Positions 27,526-40,124 of a stretch of 64,000 nucleotides of DNA are shown piece by piece. Below the pieces are notes generated by a model that worked only from the letters and a program-made list of their open reading frames with translations, had not been told where the DNA came from and searched no databases. Each line of letters opens with the position of its first letter. The stretch's first letter is position 1. Both the position numbers and the translations under genes were made by a program. Origin of the DNA: an uncultured Actinomycetes bacterium (lineage in GTDB: Bacteria > Actinomycetota > UBA4738 > HRBIN12); contig CAVZQM010000005.1 in assembly GCA_963777495.1 (NCBI GenBank), forward strand, positions 15,401 through 79,400, given 5' to 3'.

Positions 27526-28828
27526 CTAGAAGGGCTCCCCCAGCGCGCGGTGCGCGTCCGCGACAGTATAGAGAGAGCCCGTTACGACGATGAGGTCGGT
27601 CTCGTCCGCCGACGACGCGCGCTGCCTCGAACGCCGCCGCGATCGAATCGAACACCCGCACCGGCCTCGTCCAGCGCAGCGAACTCCTCGGCGATCAGCA
27701 GCGGATCGCCGGACCGCTCGTTGTCGTTCGTTGCGACATAGGCGATATCGGTCACCGCCGCAAGCGGGCGGACGATGCCGGCGATGTCCTTGTTCGCCGA
27801 GATCGAGATCACCAGGTGCAGCCGTGTCCCAGATGAACGACTCCTGGAGCGCGACCGCGAGCGCCTCGGCTCCCGGCGGGGTTGTGCGCACCGTCGAGCA
27901 GGATCGTCGGGTGGCGTCCGACGATCTCCAGGCGTCCCGGCCATCGCACGTTCGGCGAACGCCTCACGCGTGGTGTCCTGGTCGAGCGGCTTGTCGATCA
28001 ACGACTCGAGCGCCACGAGCGCCGTCGCCGCGTTCTGCGCCGCGTGCTCACCGAACATCGGCAGGAACAGCTCGTCGTACGTCGCGCGCGAGACCGCGGA
28101 TACGGAGCGATTGCCCGCCAGTCGCCTGCAGTCGCTCCTCGAGCTCGAAGTCGCGATGCTCGAGGCGGCAGCGGGCACCCCCATCTCCTCGCATCGCGCC
28201 TCGATCACGCGCGAGGGCCTCGTCGTCCTGTTCGCGGCTCACCACGATGCTGCCCTCCTTGATGATGCCGGCCTTCTCGCCCGCCACCTCCGCGATCGTC
28301 GAGCCCAGCTCCGGATGGTCGAGCGCGATCGGGGTCAGGACGGCCACGTCGCCGCGCACCAGGTTCGTCGCGTCCCACGTGCCCGCCCATGCCCACCTCG
28401 AACACGCCGAGCGCCACCGGCTTGTCTGCGAACCACAGGTACGCGAGCGCGCTCAGCGCCTCGAAGTACGTCACCTGCTCCTCGCCCTGCGAGTCGACCA
28501 GCATCAGGTACGGCAACAGATGCTCGTATTCCTCGGCGAACTCCTCCTCCGTGATGTCGACGCCGCAGACCGAGAGCCGTTCGCGGACCGACACCAGGTG
28601 CGGCGACGTGTAGAGGCCCGTCGTGAGCCCGTGCGCACACGCGAGCTCGGCCGCCACGCGCGCCGTGGTCCCCTTGCCGTTCGTGCCGGTGACGTGGATC
28701 GACGGATACGTCAGCTGCGGGTCGGACAGGAGCGTGGCGAGCGAGAGGATGCGCGACAGGTCGGGCACCATGCGGCTCTCGCGGCGTCCTTCGAGCTCGG
28801 CGACGGCCTCCCGGAAGTTCACGCTCAA
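27526..28828 (-). pseudogene. folC: bifunctional folylpolyglutamate synthase / dihydrofolate synthase; at least four frame changes
   Basis: TTG 28828 overlaps the valS stop (TTGA). ...YPSIHVTGTNGKGTTARV (P-loop)...LYTSPHLVSVRERL...YFEALSALAYLWFADKPVALGVFEVGMGG, then DVAVLTPIALDHPELGSTIAEVAGEKAGIIKEGSIVV, ...MFGEHAAQNAATALVALE..., ...LIVVTGSLYTVADAHRAL. Confidence 0.85.
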
Positions 28829-31470
28829 ACGGTCTCGTCTGCCGGCGCGAGTTCGACCGCGAACGATGCTTCGGCAGCCACTTCGGTCACGACGTCACGA
28901 AGGTTGCCGGCTTCGCGAAGGTCGTCCAGCAGCAGATCGACCCGTGCCAGATTCTCCGCGGTGTCAGAGATGACCAAGCGAGTCACCGGGACACGCAGCG
29001 ACACCTTCGCGAGCGCCTTCTGCTTGCGAACCGCCTGCAGCGCGTCCGCTCCAACCTCGAAGATCATCGAGTCCGCGCCTTCGGCCATGGAAAGCTCATC
29101 CCCGATCGGCCACGATGATCGGTGGATAGAGTCGTCGTGCCACCACGACCAGACCTCTTCGGTGACGTAGGGCAGGAACGGCGCGAACAGTCGGAGCTGG
29201 ACGTCGATCGCTTGGCGCAGCGCCGCGACGGCGCTCGCTGCCCTCGCTGGATCGCCGGCATACGCCCGCTGTTTCACGAGCTCGAGGTAGTCGTCCGTGA
29301 AGCGCCAGAAGAAGCGCTCGGTCACGTCGAGCGCGCGCGAATGCTCGTACTTCTCGATGGCGTCCGTCGCCTCCTGCACGACGCGGGCGAGCGCGTTGAG
29401 CATCGCTAGGTCGATCGGCTCGGAGACGTCTCCCGGGGGTGCATCGAAGCTGAGCACGAACCTCGACGCGTTGAGGATCTTGATGGCCAAGCGCCGGCCG
29501 ACCTTCATCTGCTGCTCGTCGAAGGCCGCATCGTAGCCAAGTCGGGCACTCGCGGCCCAATACCGCACCGCATCGGACGAGTGGCGTTCGAAGACCTCGG
29601 TAGGCACCATCGCGTTGCCCTTGGACTTCGACATCTTCTTCCGGTCGGGATCCAGCACGAATCCACTGATGGCGGCGTTGGTCCAAGGGATGGAGTCGTG
29701 CTGCAAGTGGGACCGCAGCACCGTGTAGAACAGCCATGTCCGGATGATGTCGTGAGCTTGCGGGCGCAGATCCATGGGGAACAGCCGCGCGAACAGGTCG
29801 GGGTCGTCTTCCCAGCCGGCCGCGATCTGGGGCGTCAGTGACGAGGTCGCCCACGTGTCCATCACGTCCGGGTCACCGATGAACCCGCCCGGCTCTCCTC
29901 GCATCTCGACCGAGAGGCCGGGTGGGACATCGTCTTGGGGGTCGACCGGCAAGGCTGCTTCGTCGGCGTAGATCGGGTTCGCGTAGTCGGGTTCGCCCTG
30001 AGCGTCGAGGCGATACCACACAGGGAACGGCACGCCGAAGAACCGCTGCCGGCTCACCGCCCAATCGCTGTTCAACCCCTCGACCCACGAGGCGTAGCGA
30101 GCTCCCATGAACGCCGGATGCCACGCAGATCTCGCCCACCGCGAGCGAGCAGCTCCTCCTTGAACGACAACGTGCGCACGAACCACTGCCGGCTCGTGAT
30201 CACCTCGAGTGGTCGATCGCCTTTCTCGTAGTACTTCACGACATGACGGACGGCTTGAGGCTCACCCACGAGCGCGCCCGCATCCCGCAAGAGTTCAACG
30301 ATGCGGCGCCGCGCCTGTTTCGAACCCTTCCCGGTGAGCTCGCCGATCGCCTCGTTCGCGGCGACGGCATCACGCGACTCCCACCCCTGCTCGCCGAACC
30401 GGCCTTCGATCAGTGTGCCGTCCCGGCCAACAACGACGCGGGTGGGAAGCCCGAGCTCCTTCCACCAGGTGACGTCGGTGAGGTCACCGAACGTGCAGAT
30501 CATCGCGATCCCGGTTCCCTTCTCGGGGTCGGCCAGTTCATGAGCGACCACCGGCACCGGGACGCCGAACAGTGGGGTGATCACGTTCGAGCCCACGAGA
30601 TCGGCGTACCGCACGTCGGAGGGGTGCGCGACCAGCGCGACGCACGCCGGGATCAGCTCTGGACGCGATGTCTCGATCTGGACGGTGCCGGCGCCCTCCT
30701 CGCGGTCGAACGCGATCCGATGGTAGTGAACCGTCGCGTTCACGATCTTCGATCTCGGCTTGCGCGACGGCGGTCGGAAGTCGACTTTCCACATGGTGGG
30801 TGCCTCGGCCGAGTACGCGTAGGTCCGTCCGCCGCCAGGCGGAGGAAAGAGCGCTGCGACATCCGTCGAGCGTGCTCGCCGATCGTCGTGTAGGTCGGGT
30901 CCAGTCCACCGATAGACCGAGGCGGCGGAACAAGTCTTCGAACACCTGCTCGTCCTCAGCGGTCAGTCGCTGACACAGGTCGATGAAGTTCATCCGGGGA
31001 ACGGGCAACGGCTTCGGACCGATATGCGGCTCGAACGCGTATGGATCGAACGCGGAGTCGTAGGACAGGCTCGGATCGCACAAGAAGACGTTGAAGTAGT
31101 TCTGGACGCGGCGCTCGGTGGGAAGACCGTTGTCGTCCCAACCCATGGGATAGAACACGTCGAGGCCGCGCATACGCTTGTACCGAGCCATCAGGTCCGT
31201 ATGCGTGTACGAGAGGACGTGTCCGATATGAAGGGACCCGGACGCCGTCGGCGGCGGTGTATCGATGGCGAAGACCTGGTCGCGGGGCTTCGTGCCCTCG
31301 AATCGGTGGGTGCCGGCGTCCTCCCACCACGGCCCCCACTTCGCTTCCAGCCCGTCGAGGGAGGGCTTCTCAGGAGCGATCAGGCCGTCGCCTGAAGGAC
31401 GTGCATCTCCTGCGACGCCCTCGTTTGCACGTCGTCGGTGAGGTCTTCCATGGGCTCCGGCGTCTGACAT
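28825..31470 (-). pseudogene. valS: valine--tRNA ligase; at least four frame changes
   Basis: ATG 31470. ...EKPSLDGLEAKWGPWWEDAG...PPPTASGSLHIGHVLSYTHTD (HIGH)...GWDDNGLPTE... (ORF 30538..32010), ...IETSRPELIPACVALVAHPSD...GTGIAMICTFGD... (ORF 30072..30794), ...DVMDTWATSS...KKMSKSKGN (KMSKS)... C-terminal coiled coil (ORF 28825..30186). Confidence 0.9.
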
Positions 31471-31588
31471 GCGCCCGAGTCTACGAAACGGTCCCCCGCT
31501 GCAGACGGTCACGTTGCCACCCACCACCGGCTGGACGACCGGGAGGTTCCGTCGTACGTTCCGGGTCGACCGGCGGGAAGGAGCGCGC

Positions 31589-32403
31589 GTGGCCAGACCG
31601 ATCCTGTTCCTCTCGGACCTCGGCGTCCGCGACGAGTTCGTCGGCGTGTGCCACAGCGTGATCGCGAGCATCGCCCCGGACGCGGCCGTGATCGACCTCT
31701 CGCACGGCGTGCCTCCCACGAACGTCCAGGCGGGCGCGATGACGTTCCGCGACTGCATCGCGTTCGCGCCCGACGACGGCATCCTGATGGGCGTCGTCGA
31801 CCCCGGCGTCGGAACCGACCGCAAGGCCATCGCGGTCGAGACGGCCTCGGGCGGATCCTGGTCGGGCCCGACAACGGATTGCTCTCGCTGGCGTGGGACG
31901 CGGCGGGAGGGCCGACCCGTGCGTTCGAGATCACCGCACCCGACGTGCTCCTCCAACCGGTGTCGAGCGTGTTCCACGGGCGCGACGTGTTCGCGCCGGC
32001 CGCGGCGCACCTGGCGGCCGGTCGCCCGCTCGAGGATCTCGGGCCCGAGCTGAAGACCGATCGAACTGGTGACATCTGACGTTGCCCGAGGCCGACGTCC
32101 TCACGCGCGAGATCCGCGCGCAGGTGCTCGACGTCGATCGCTTCGGCAATGTCCGGTTGAACGTCCGGCCGGCGGATCTGCCCGCGGCCGGATCTCGAGG
32201 GCTCGACGGTGAAGGTCGCGACGACCGACGCGTCGGCACACGCCGAGCGCGTGTCGACCTACGCGGAGGTCGGACCGGGCGAGTACGCGGTGATCGAGGA
32301 CGCGTGGGGATGGATCACGGTGATCCGGTTCGAGGCGAACGCCGCCGCCGAGCTGGGCGTCCGCCCGGGCGACGCGGTCTGGCTCATGGCTCCGGACGAC
32401 TGA
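31589..32403 (+). pseudogene. SAM hydroxide adenosyltransferase family protein (DUF62, fluorinase/chlorinase-like); about three frame changes
   Basis: GTG 31589 after GGGAAGGAG. VARPILFLSDLGVRDEFVGVCHSVIASIAPDAAVIDLSHGVPP...GVVDPGVGTDRKAIAVE, then ILVGPDNGLLSLAW...SSVFHGRDVFAPAAAHLAAG, then ...VLDVDRFGNVRLN, then ...YAVIEDAWGWITVIRFEANAAAELGV. Confidence 0.75.
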
Positions 32404-32460
32404 GCGCTCAGGCGGCCGTACGCCGTCGAACCCGAGCAACGGCGCGCCCGACTCCATCGG

Positions 32461-33235
32461 TCAGACCGTCAGCTGCGTCCCCTCGATCGAGAACGACGCG
32501 ACCTCACTCATGCCGACGCCAGGAACACGCTCTCCTGCGCCATGACGTCGTCGGCGCAGGCCATCTTGGTGGACGCGAGTGAGGAGAACGCCAGCGCGTC
32601 GCCGTCGACCGTGTAGGTGCCGCTGAACCGGTTGCACCCGCCCGACCCGGAGACGGATCCGTCCGTCCGTCGAGCAGGACGGTGACCTCGGTCCCGTAGA
32701 TCACGCTCGTCACCGCGTCGCCCGAGTAGACGCTCGACAGCGTCCACGCGGTTCCCTCGAGCGGCAAGCGGCTCCGGCGGGACCTCCGCGCGAAGGTCAG
32801 CGTGGCATCACCGTTCGAGTAGCAGCGTCAGGGCGGCGTCGACGCTCGAACCCGGTGACCCGCCGAGCACCTCCAGGTACGCGCTCTCGAGGGTCATCAG
32901 CGCCGGATCGCACGCCATCTCGGTGACCGCGAACCCCTCGAACGACAACGAGCCGTCGTCGCCCGCCTGGTAGGCGCCGCCGTAGCTGTTGCACGCCGCC
33001 GTCCCACTCGCCTGCCCGTCCTCGAACGTCAGCGTCACCTGGCGTTGTCCGGGACGTCGGCGACCAGCGCAGCGATCGACGCGTCGTCGAGCGCCCAGAC
33101 GACGCCGGTCAGGTCGTCGGGATCGTTGCTCGGACCGTCGCCGCCGCCGTCTCCGGCGTTCGCGCACGCCACGAGCAGCATCGGGATGAGCGGCAGCGTC
33201 CCGAGGGATCGGCGGAGCGCGCGCCCGAGGAACAT
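32461..33235 (-). pseudogene. lipoprotein with two tandem META (HslJ-like) domains; about three frame changes
   Basis: ATG 33235 MFLGRALRRSLGTLPLIPMLLVAC (lipobox LVAC). Domain 1: VTLTFEDGQASGTAACNSYGGAYQAGDDGSLSFEGFAVTEMACDPALMTLESAYLEVL. Domain 2: LEGTAWTLSSVY...VSGSGGCNRFSGTYTVDGDALAFSSLASTKMACADDVMAQESVFL...SFSIEGTQLTV* (TGA 32463-32461). Confidence 0.7.
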
Positions 33236-33404
33236 CCGATCCAGTCTACGGGAGCGCCGTCGAGTATCCGGGCTCCAAGATGCCCGGGAGCGCGCGTTGA
33301 CTCCGCGGACGGCATAGGCTTCGCTACCGACGGTCGCCGATCGAACCACCGATGGTGCACGGAGCCGACATGACGACATCGCCGGAACCACCGCATCGCC
33401 CGGA

Positions 33405-34816
33405 TTGGCCGAAGCGTGCCCTCGTGCTCGCCGCGCTCGCGGACTGGCGGCGGCGGTCGTGGCGTGGGGACGCGCGGCCCCCGAGCCGGACCTGGTCGGT
33501 CTCCCCGATGCGACCGATCCCGAGACGAACAGCGACGTCGTTATCACCGAGACCGTGACGGAGGTCGTACCGGCGCCCGAGACCCACGCGCCAACGTGGG
33601 TGCGGCACACGATCATCTGGACCATCGGCGCGATCCTGACGGTCGTCGTCGCGCTGTCGGCTCCTCGGAGTGCTCAGTCAGGTGGTCGGGTACCTGGTGC
33701 TCGGCGCTCTTCTTCTCGTTCGCGCTGGAGCCGGCGGTCAACCGCTTGCACGCCCGAGGTTGGAAGCGCGGATCCGCGACCGGATTGATCCTGGGCGTGG
33801 TGTTCCTGATGATGGCGGGGATCGTGCCTGATCTTCGTCCCCACGGTGCTGCAAGGCGCGCTCGCGATCTCGGAGCAGGTCCCGGAGTGGTCCGCCCAGG
33901 CGTCCGAGTGGTCGTCGGACACGCTGGGGGTCGACATCTCGACCGACAGCATCTCGGAGAGCGCCGAGCGACAGCGTGGACGACCTGACCGGCGCGGACC
34001 CGATCGAGGCGCTGCTCGGATTCACCACGTCGTTCGTCGGAGCGATCTTCGCGGCCTTCACGGTGGGGATGTTCATCTTCTACATGGTGGCCGAGGGTCC
34101 GCGGTTCAAGCGGGCGGTGCTCTCGTTCTTCCCTCCCGTGCGACAGGAAGAGTTGGTCTCGATCTGGGAGGCGGCGATCGAGAAGACCGGCGGTTACTTC
34201 TACTCGAAGCTGTTGCTGATGCTCATCAACGGGGGCCTGGTTTCCTGGTCCTTCGGCTGACCGACGTGCCGGGAGCCGCGGCGCTCGGCTTCTTCCAGGG
34301 GTTCGTCGCCGCGTTCATCCCGATCGTCGGGACCTACATCGCGGCCGTGGTGCCGCTGGTGGCCGCGTTCATGTCGCAGGGAGGCGAGGCGGCGCTCATC
34401 TATCTCATCTACGTGCTGATCTATCAGCAGATCGAGAACTACCTGATCTCCCCGAAGCTGCAGGGCCGGGCGATGCAGCTGCATCCGGCGGTCGCGTTCG
34501 GCGCCGCGCTGGCCGGAGGCGCGATCGGCGGGCTCCTCTGGCGTTCCTCGCGTTGCCGTTCGCCGCGACGGTGCAAGCGTCGGCGTCGCTGTGGTTCCAG
34601 CGGCACGAGGTCAAGGACACGCCGCTCACCCACGAGCAGGTCACGATCGTCAAGAAAGAACGAAGGTCGCGGTCGTTGGGGACGAGCCTCGGTGACTGGG
34701 TCCGATCGAGCAAAGGGTGGCTCCGCGACCACGATGAACCCGCTGACGAACCACTCGATGAGACGACGTCGGTCGGCACCGCGAGCGTTGAGGCGGCCCC
34801 GGAGCGCCCGGACGAC

Positions 34817-34828
<12 letters not shown>
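33405..34828 (+). pseudogene. AI-2E family transporter (PerM/UPF0118), paralogue 1; at least five frame changes
   Basis: ...WVRHTIIWTIGAILTVVVAL..., FSFALEPAVNRLHARGWKRGSATGLILGVVFLMMAGIV, ...FYMVAEGPRFKRAVLSFFPPVRQEELVSIWEAAIEKTGGYFYSKLLLMLINGG..., ...AAFIPIVGTYIAAVVPLVAAF...LIYLIYVLIYQQIENYLISPKLQGRAMQLHPAVAFGAALAGGAIGG..., then an acidic C-terminal tail. The 5' limit is uncertain. Confidence 0.75.
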
Positions 34829-36116
<1,288 letters not shown>

Positions 36117-36179
36117 CAGCCCCTGTCCTCCTGGTCGAGTGACCGGGCTCCTGAAGGAACCCGGACGACCCGACGAATC

Positions 36180-36818
36180 TTACGCCCCGCCCGCCGATGC
36201 GGCCGCAAGCTCGACCGAGATCCCGCGGGTCGTGATGATCTCGTCGATGACCCCGTAGTCCTTCGCCTCGTCCGCCGTGAGGATGTAGTCGCGGTCGGTG
36301 TCCTTCGAGACCTTCTCGATCGGCTGGCCCGTGTGCTCCGAGATCAGCTGCTCGAGCAGCTTGCGGTACCGCGTGATCTCCTTGGCTTGGATCTCGATGT
36401 CGACCGCCTGACCCTGCGCACCGCCGTGGGGCTGGTGCAGCAGCACGCGGGAGTGCGGAAGCGCGAACCGCTTGCCCGGCGCGCCGGCCAGGAGCAGGAC
36501 CGCGGCCGCCGAGGCCGCCTGTCCCATCACGATGGTCGACACGTCCGGCTTGATGTACTGCATGGTGTCGTAGATCGCGAACAGCGCCGTGATGTCGCCA
36601 CCCGGTGAGTTGATGTAGAGGTGGATGTCCTTGTCGGGGTCGTCCGACTCCAGGTGCAGGAGCTGCGCCATGATCAGGTTGCCCACCTGATCGTCGATCG
36701 GCGTCCCCAGGAAGACGATCCGTTCCTTCAGCAGGCGCGAGTAGATGTCGAACGAACGCTCGCCGCGGCTGGTCTGCTCCACGACCACGGGAACCAGGTA
36801 GTTCTGCATGTCGCTCAT
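36180..36818 (-). CDS. clpP: ATP-dependent Clp protease proteolytic subunit
   Basis: ATG 36818 after [81 protein letters not shown]...[13 protein letters not shown]...LLHQP. Intact. Confidence 0.95.
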   Translation of the reverse strand: MSDMQNYLVPVVVEQTSRGERSFDIYSRLLKERIVFLGTPIDDQVGNLIMAQLLHLESDDPDKDIHLYINSPGGDITALFAIYDTMQYIKPDVSTIVMGQAASAAAVLLLAGAPGKRFALPHSRVLLHQPHGGAQGQAVDIEIQAKEITRYRKLLEQLISEHTGQPIEKVSKDTDRDYILTADEAKDYGVIDEIITTRGISVELAAASAGGA

Positions 36819-38194
36819 GTGCTCTCCTCCGACGAAGCTCGGGTGTCCGGCTCCTCGGCCCCCAGTGCAGCCTCGGCGCCGGCCACGGGATCGACCGGGC
36901 CTTCCGGTTCGATATCGGCACGTTCGACCAGGAGGTCGAGGGCTTTCCCCCTGATGATATCTCCGGCCAGCGTCACGACCTGACCGCTGCGGTCGAGGGC
37001 TTTGGCCAGCTCCTTGGGCTCGCGACCGTAGGCCTGCGCCAGGACCGCGATATCTGCGCACCGATCTCGTCCGCCGTGACCTCGAGTTTCTCGGCCCGGG
37101 CGATGCCCTCCAGCACCAGGTCGGACTTGATCGCGCGGATCGCGTGATCGCGGGAATCCTCGCGGAGGCGTTCCTCGTCCCAGCCCTGGGACTCCAGCAC
37201 CTGCTCCAGCGTCAGGCCTGCCCGCTCGGCCCGCTCTCCCGCATGCGAGATGCGGTGCTGGGTCTCCTCGTCGACGAGCGAATCCGGCAGCTCAACGGTC
37301 ACCGTGTCGATCATGGCCTGCAGTGCGCGGTCGCGGATCACACCCTCGGCTTCGCGTTCCTTCATCTCCGAGAGGCGCTCGCGCAGGTCGTCGCGGAGCT
37401 GCGTCAGCGTGTCGAACTCGGAGGCCGTCTTCGCGAACTCGTCGTCGGCCTCGGGCAGCTTGCGCGCCTTCACGTCCTTCACCAGGACCTGGATGCTCAC
37501 GTCCGTGCCGCCGAGCTCGCCGAACCGGTCGGGCAGCGCGTCGTTGACCTTCAGGATGTCGCCGGGCTTCGTGCTGATCGAGCTCGTCGTCGAGCTTCGC
37601 GCCGAACTCGCCCGAGCCCACGAAGTACAGGTAGTCGGTCCGGCTGGCTTCGGCGACCTCTTCGCCGTGCAGCGTGGTCTTCACGTCGACGGTGACGAAA
37701 TCCTCCGCGCGCACCGGGCGGTCGGCGGGCTCCAGCTCGGCGAAACGCTCGCGGAGCCGATCGACCCACTCGTCGATCTCGTCGTCGGCGACCTCGCTCG
37801 AGGGCTTCTCGACCTTCAGGCCGGCATAGTCGCCCGGCTCCAGGGTCAGACGGGGGCGCACCTCGACGGTCGCGGTGAAGATCAGCGGCTTGTCGTCCTC
37901 GACCTGCTCGAGCTGGATGTCGGGATCGCTGATCGGCGCCAGGTCCTCCTCGCGCACGGCGTCGCGGAAATAGGTCGGCACGGAGCTCGACAGGAACTCC
38001 TCGCGAACGACCTCCCGGCCGATCTGCGCGTCGATGATCTGCTTCGGGACCTTCCCCTTACGGAAGCCCGGGATCTTGACCTGGTTCGAGATGCTGCGGT
38101 AGGCGCGGTCCAGGTCCTTGGTGAACTCGTCGACGGGGACCTCGATCGTGAGCTTGACGGTGTGTTTGTCGGTGCTCTCCACGGTCGTCTGCAT
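36815..38194 (-). pseudogene. tig: trigger factor; two frame changes
   Basis: ATG 38194 MQTTVESTDKHTVKLTIEVPVDEFTKDLDRAYRSISNQVKIPGFRKGKVPKQIIDAQIG...GAKLDDEL, then ISTKPGDILKVNDALPDRFGELGGTDVSIQVLVKDVKARKLPEADDEFAK...[12 protein letters not shown], then [32 protein letters not shown].... Breaks near 37578 and 37045. Stop TGA 36817-36815 overlaps the clpP ATG (ATGA). Confidence 0.9.
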
Positions 38195-38249
38195 GTGCGT
38201 CCAGCCTAGCCGACATCCGTCGCTGCGCCCTCGGGTAAGGTGGCGCGCC

Positions 38250-39029
38250 ATGGGCGGCCCGACCTACGCCGACGAGCTGGTATTCGCCGAGGAACTGGCC
38301 GATCGCGCCGGCGAGCTGGCCCTCTCGTACTTCCGTCACGACCCCCAGGTCACGTGGAAAGCGGACGCCACGCCCGTCACCGAGGCCGACCTGGCCGTCG
38401 AGGCGATGATCCGTCAGGAGCTGTCGCGCCGGTTCCCCGACGACGCCATCCGCGGCGAGGAGGGCGGGATCGAGGGCTCGTCCGACCGGATGTGGATCAT
38501 CGACCCGATCGACGGCACGCGGAACTTCGCGGCCGGGATCCAGATCTGGGCGAACCTCCTGGCGCTCAAGGTCGGCGAGGAGTACGTCATGGGTCTGGCG
38601 AACGCCCCCGCACTCGGCGAGCGCTACGCGGCCACGAAGGGCGGCGGCGCCACCTGGAACGGACAGCCCATCCGGGTCTCGGACATCGCGACCACCGTCG
38701 ATGGGATGGTCGTGCTCGGCGATCTGGAGGCGTGGGCAGGCACGCCTCGCGGCGACGCGCTGATGGGTCTGATCCGCGGGGCGAAGCGCAGCCGAGGGTT
38801 CGGGGACTTCTGGGGCCACGTGCTGGTCGCGCGAGGGGCGGCCGAGGTGATGATCGAACCGGATCTCGCCGAGTGGGACTTCGCGCCGCTCGTCGTGATC
38901 CTCACCGAGGCGGGTGGCCGAGTGACGCAGGTCGACGGCTCGCCGCCGATCCACGGCGGAAGCCTGATCTCCTCCAACGGCGCCGTTCACGACGAGGTCC
39001 TTCGAGCTCTGGCGGGGTCGTCCGGCTGA
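38250..39029 (+). CDS. inositol monophosphatase family protein (HisN-like histidinol-phosphatase candidate)
   Basis: ATG 38250 inside ORF 38118..39029. ...KADATPVTEADLAVEAMIRQEL...EEGG...WIIDPIDGTRNFAAGIQIW (IMPase motifs)...WDFAPLVVILTEAGG. Intact. Confidence 0.85.
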   Translation: MGGPTYADELVFAEELADRAGELALSYFRHDPQVTWKADATPVTEADLAVEAMIRQELSRRFPDDAIRGEEGGIEGSSDRMWIIDPIDGTRNFAAGIQIWANLLALKVGEEYVMGLANAPALGERYAATKGGGATWNGQPIRVSDIATTVDGMVVLGDLEAWAGTPRGDALMGLIRGAKRSRGFGDFWGHVLVARGAAEVMIEPDLAEWDFAPLVVILTEAGGRVTQVDGSPPIHGGSLISSNGAVHDEVLRALAGSSG

Positions 39030-39031
39030 GC

Positions 39032-40036
39032 TCAGAGCTCGATCGTCTCGCCGCGGTCGCCGGCGTTGGCCATCACGACGTTGGCCGCGGCGACGTCCTG
39101 CACGCCGACGCCGGTGAGGTCGCAGACGGAGAGCTGGCTCGGGGAGGTCCGCCCCGGGTGGGTGAGCGCGCAGATCTCCCCGAGCTCCACGGCCTTGCGT
39201 TCGTCGATCAGGCCCGCGGCGAGCGCGTGATGCAGCTCGCCGATCCGCGCGGACTGCTCGCGGCTGTCCACGACCAGCAGATCGGCGCGCGCGGGGACGC
39301 TCGCGTCCAGCTCCTGCTTGTCCGGCCCGTCGGATCCAACGGCCGTCACGTGCGCCCCCAGCTTCAACCATTCGCCGCGCAGCAGTGCCGTGCGGCTGGC
39401 CGTACAGGTGATCACGACGTCGGCGGCGTCCACGGCCTCCTCGACGGAGGCTGCGACGTCGTACGAGCAACCCGAGGGCAGACCCGGGCGGGAACGGAGC
39501 TCCTCGACGCACGTCGCCGCGTGCGCGGCGTCGCGTCCCCATACGCGCACCGACGTGAACCCCGGCCGGACGATGGCGAGCGCGTCGAGCTGATAGCGCG
39601 CCTGCACGCCCGTTCCGATGACGGCAACGGTCCACACCTGTTCGGGCGCGAGGTACTTCGCTGCGACACCGCCGGCCGCGCCGGTGCGCAGGTCCGTGAT
39701 GTAGCCCTGATCGAGCAGGAACGCCGCCGGCGCGCCCGTCTCGGCATCGAACACGATGACCATGCCGTCGCCGGCGAGGATCCCCAGCTCCACGTTGCGG
39801 GGGAAGCCGGAGGCGACCTTCACGGCGTAGTACGGGGAGCCGTGCAGATGGCCCGCTTTCACGTGGATCTCGCCCGAGCGCTCGGGGACGTCCAGGTGGA
39901 TCACGCCGGGCAGCTCGGCCCCCCCGCGCGAGTACGACGCGAACGCCCGCTCGCAGGCGTCGATGCACGCGACCATGTCGAGCGAGGCGCGGACGTCATC
40001 GTGTCGAAGGACCCTGACGACGCGATCGAACCGCAT
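39032..40036 (-). CDS. ornithine cyclodeaminase / mu-crystallin family protein
   Basis: 334 aa, intact. ...GEIHVKAGHLHGSPYYAVKVASGFP...DQGYITDLRTGAAGGVAAKYLAP...VAVIGTGVQARYQLDAL (Rossmann)...HVTAVGSDGPDKQELD. Confidence 0.85.
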   Translation of the reverse strand: MRFDRVVRVLRHDDVRASLDMVACIDACERAFASYSRGGAELPGVIHLDVPERSGEIHVKAGHLHGSPYYAVKVASGFPRNVELGILAGDGMVIVFDAETGAPAAFLLDQGYITDLRTGAAGGVAAKYLAPEQVWTVAVIGTGVQARYQLDALAIVRPGFTSVRVWGRDAAHAATCVEELRSRPGLPSGCSYDVAASVEEAVDAADVVITCTASRTALLRGEWLKLGAHVTAVGSDGPDKQELDASVPARADLLVVDSREQSARIGELHHALAAGLIDERKAVELGEICALTHPGRTSPSQLSVCDLTGVGVQDVAAANVVMANAGDRGETIEL

Positions 40037-40124
40037 GTGACGAGCCTACCCCGAGGTCATCCGGCACGCCGCGACACGACGACTCGGGGTGCTAGGTTTC
40101 GCCGGGACCGAACGAGGAGGCCCG

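Noticed and set aside
40049-40089. CCCCGAG ... CTCGGGG inverted repeat between OCD and the aminotransferase gene as an operator or terminator
   Set aside because: The 7-bp arms are separated by a 27-nt loop, with no T-tract and no second copy. It is too weak to call.
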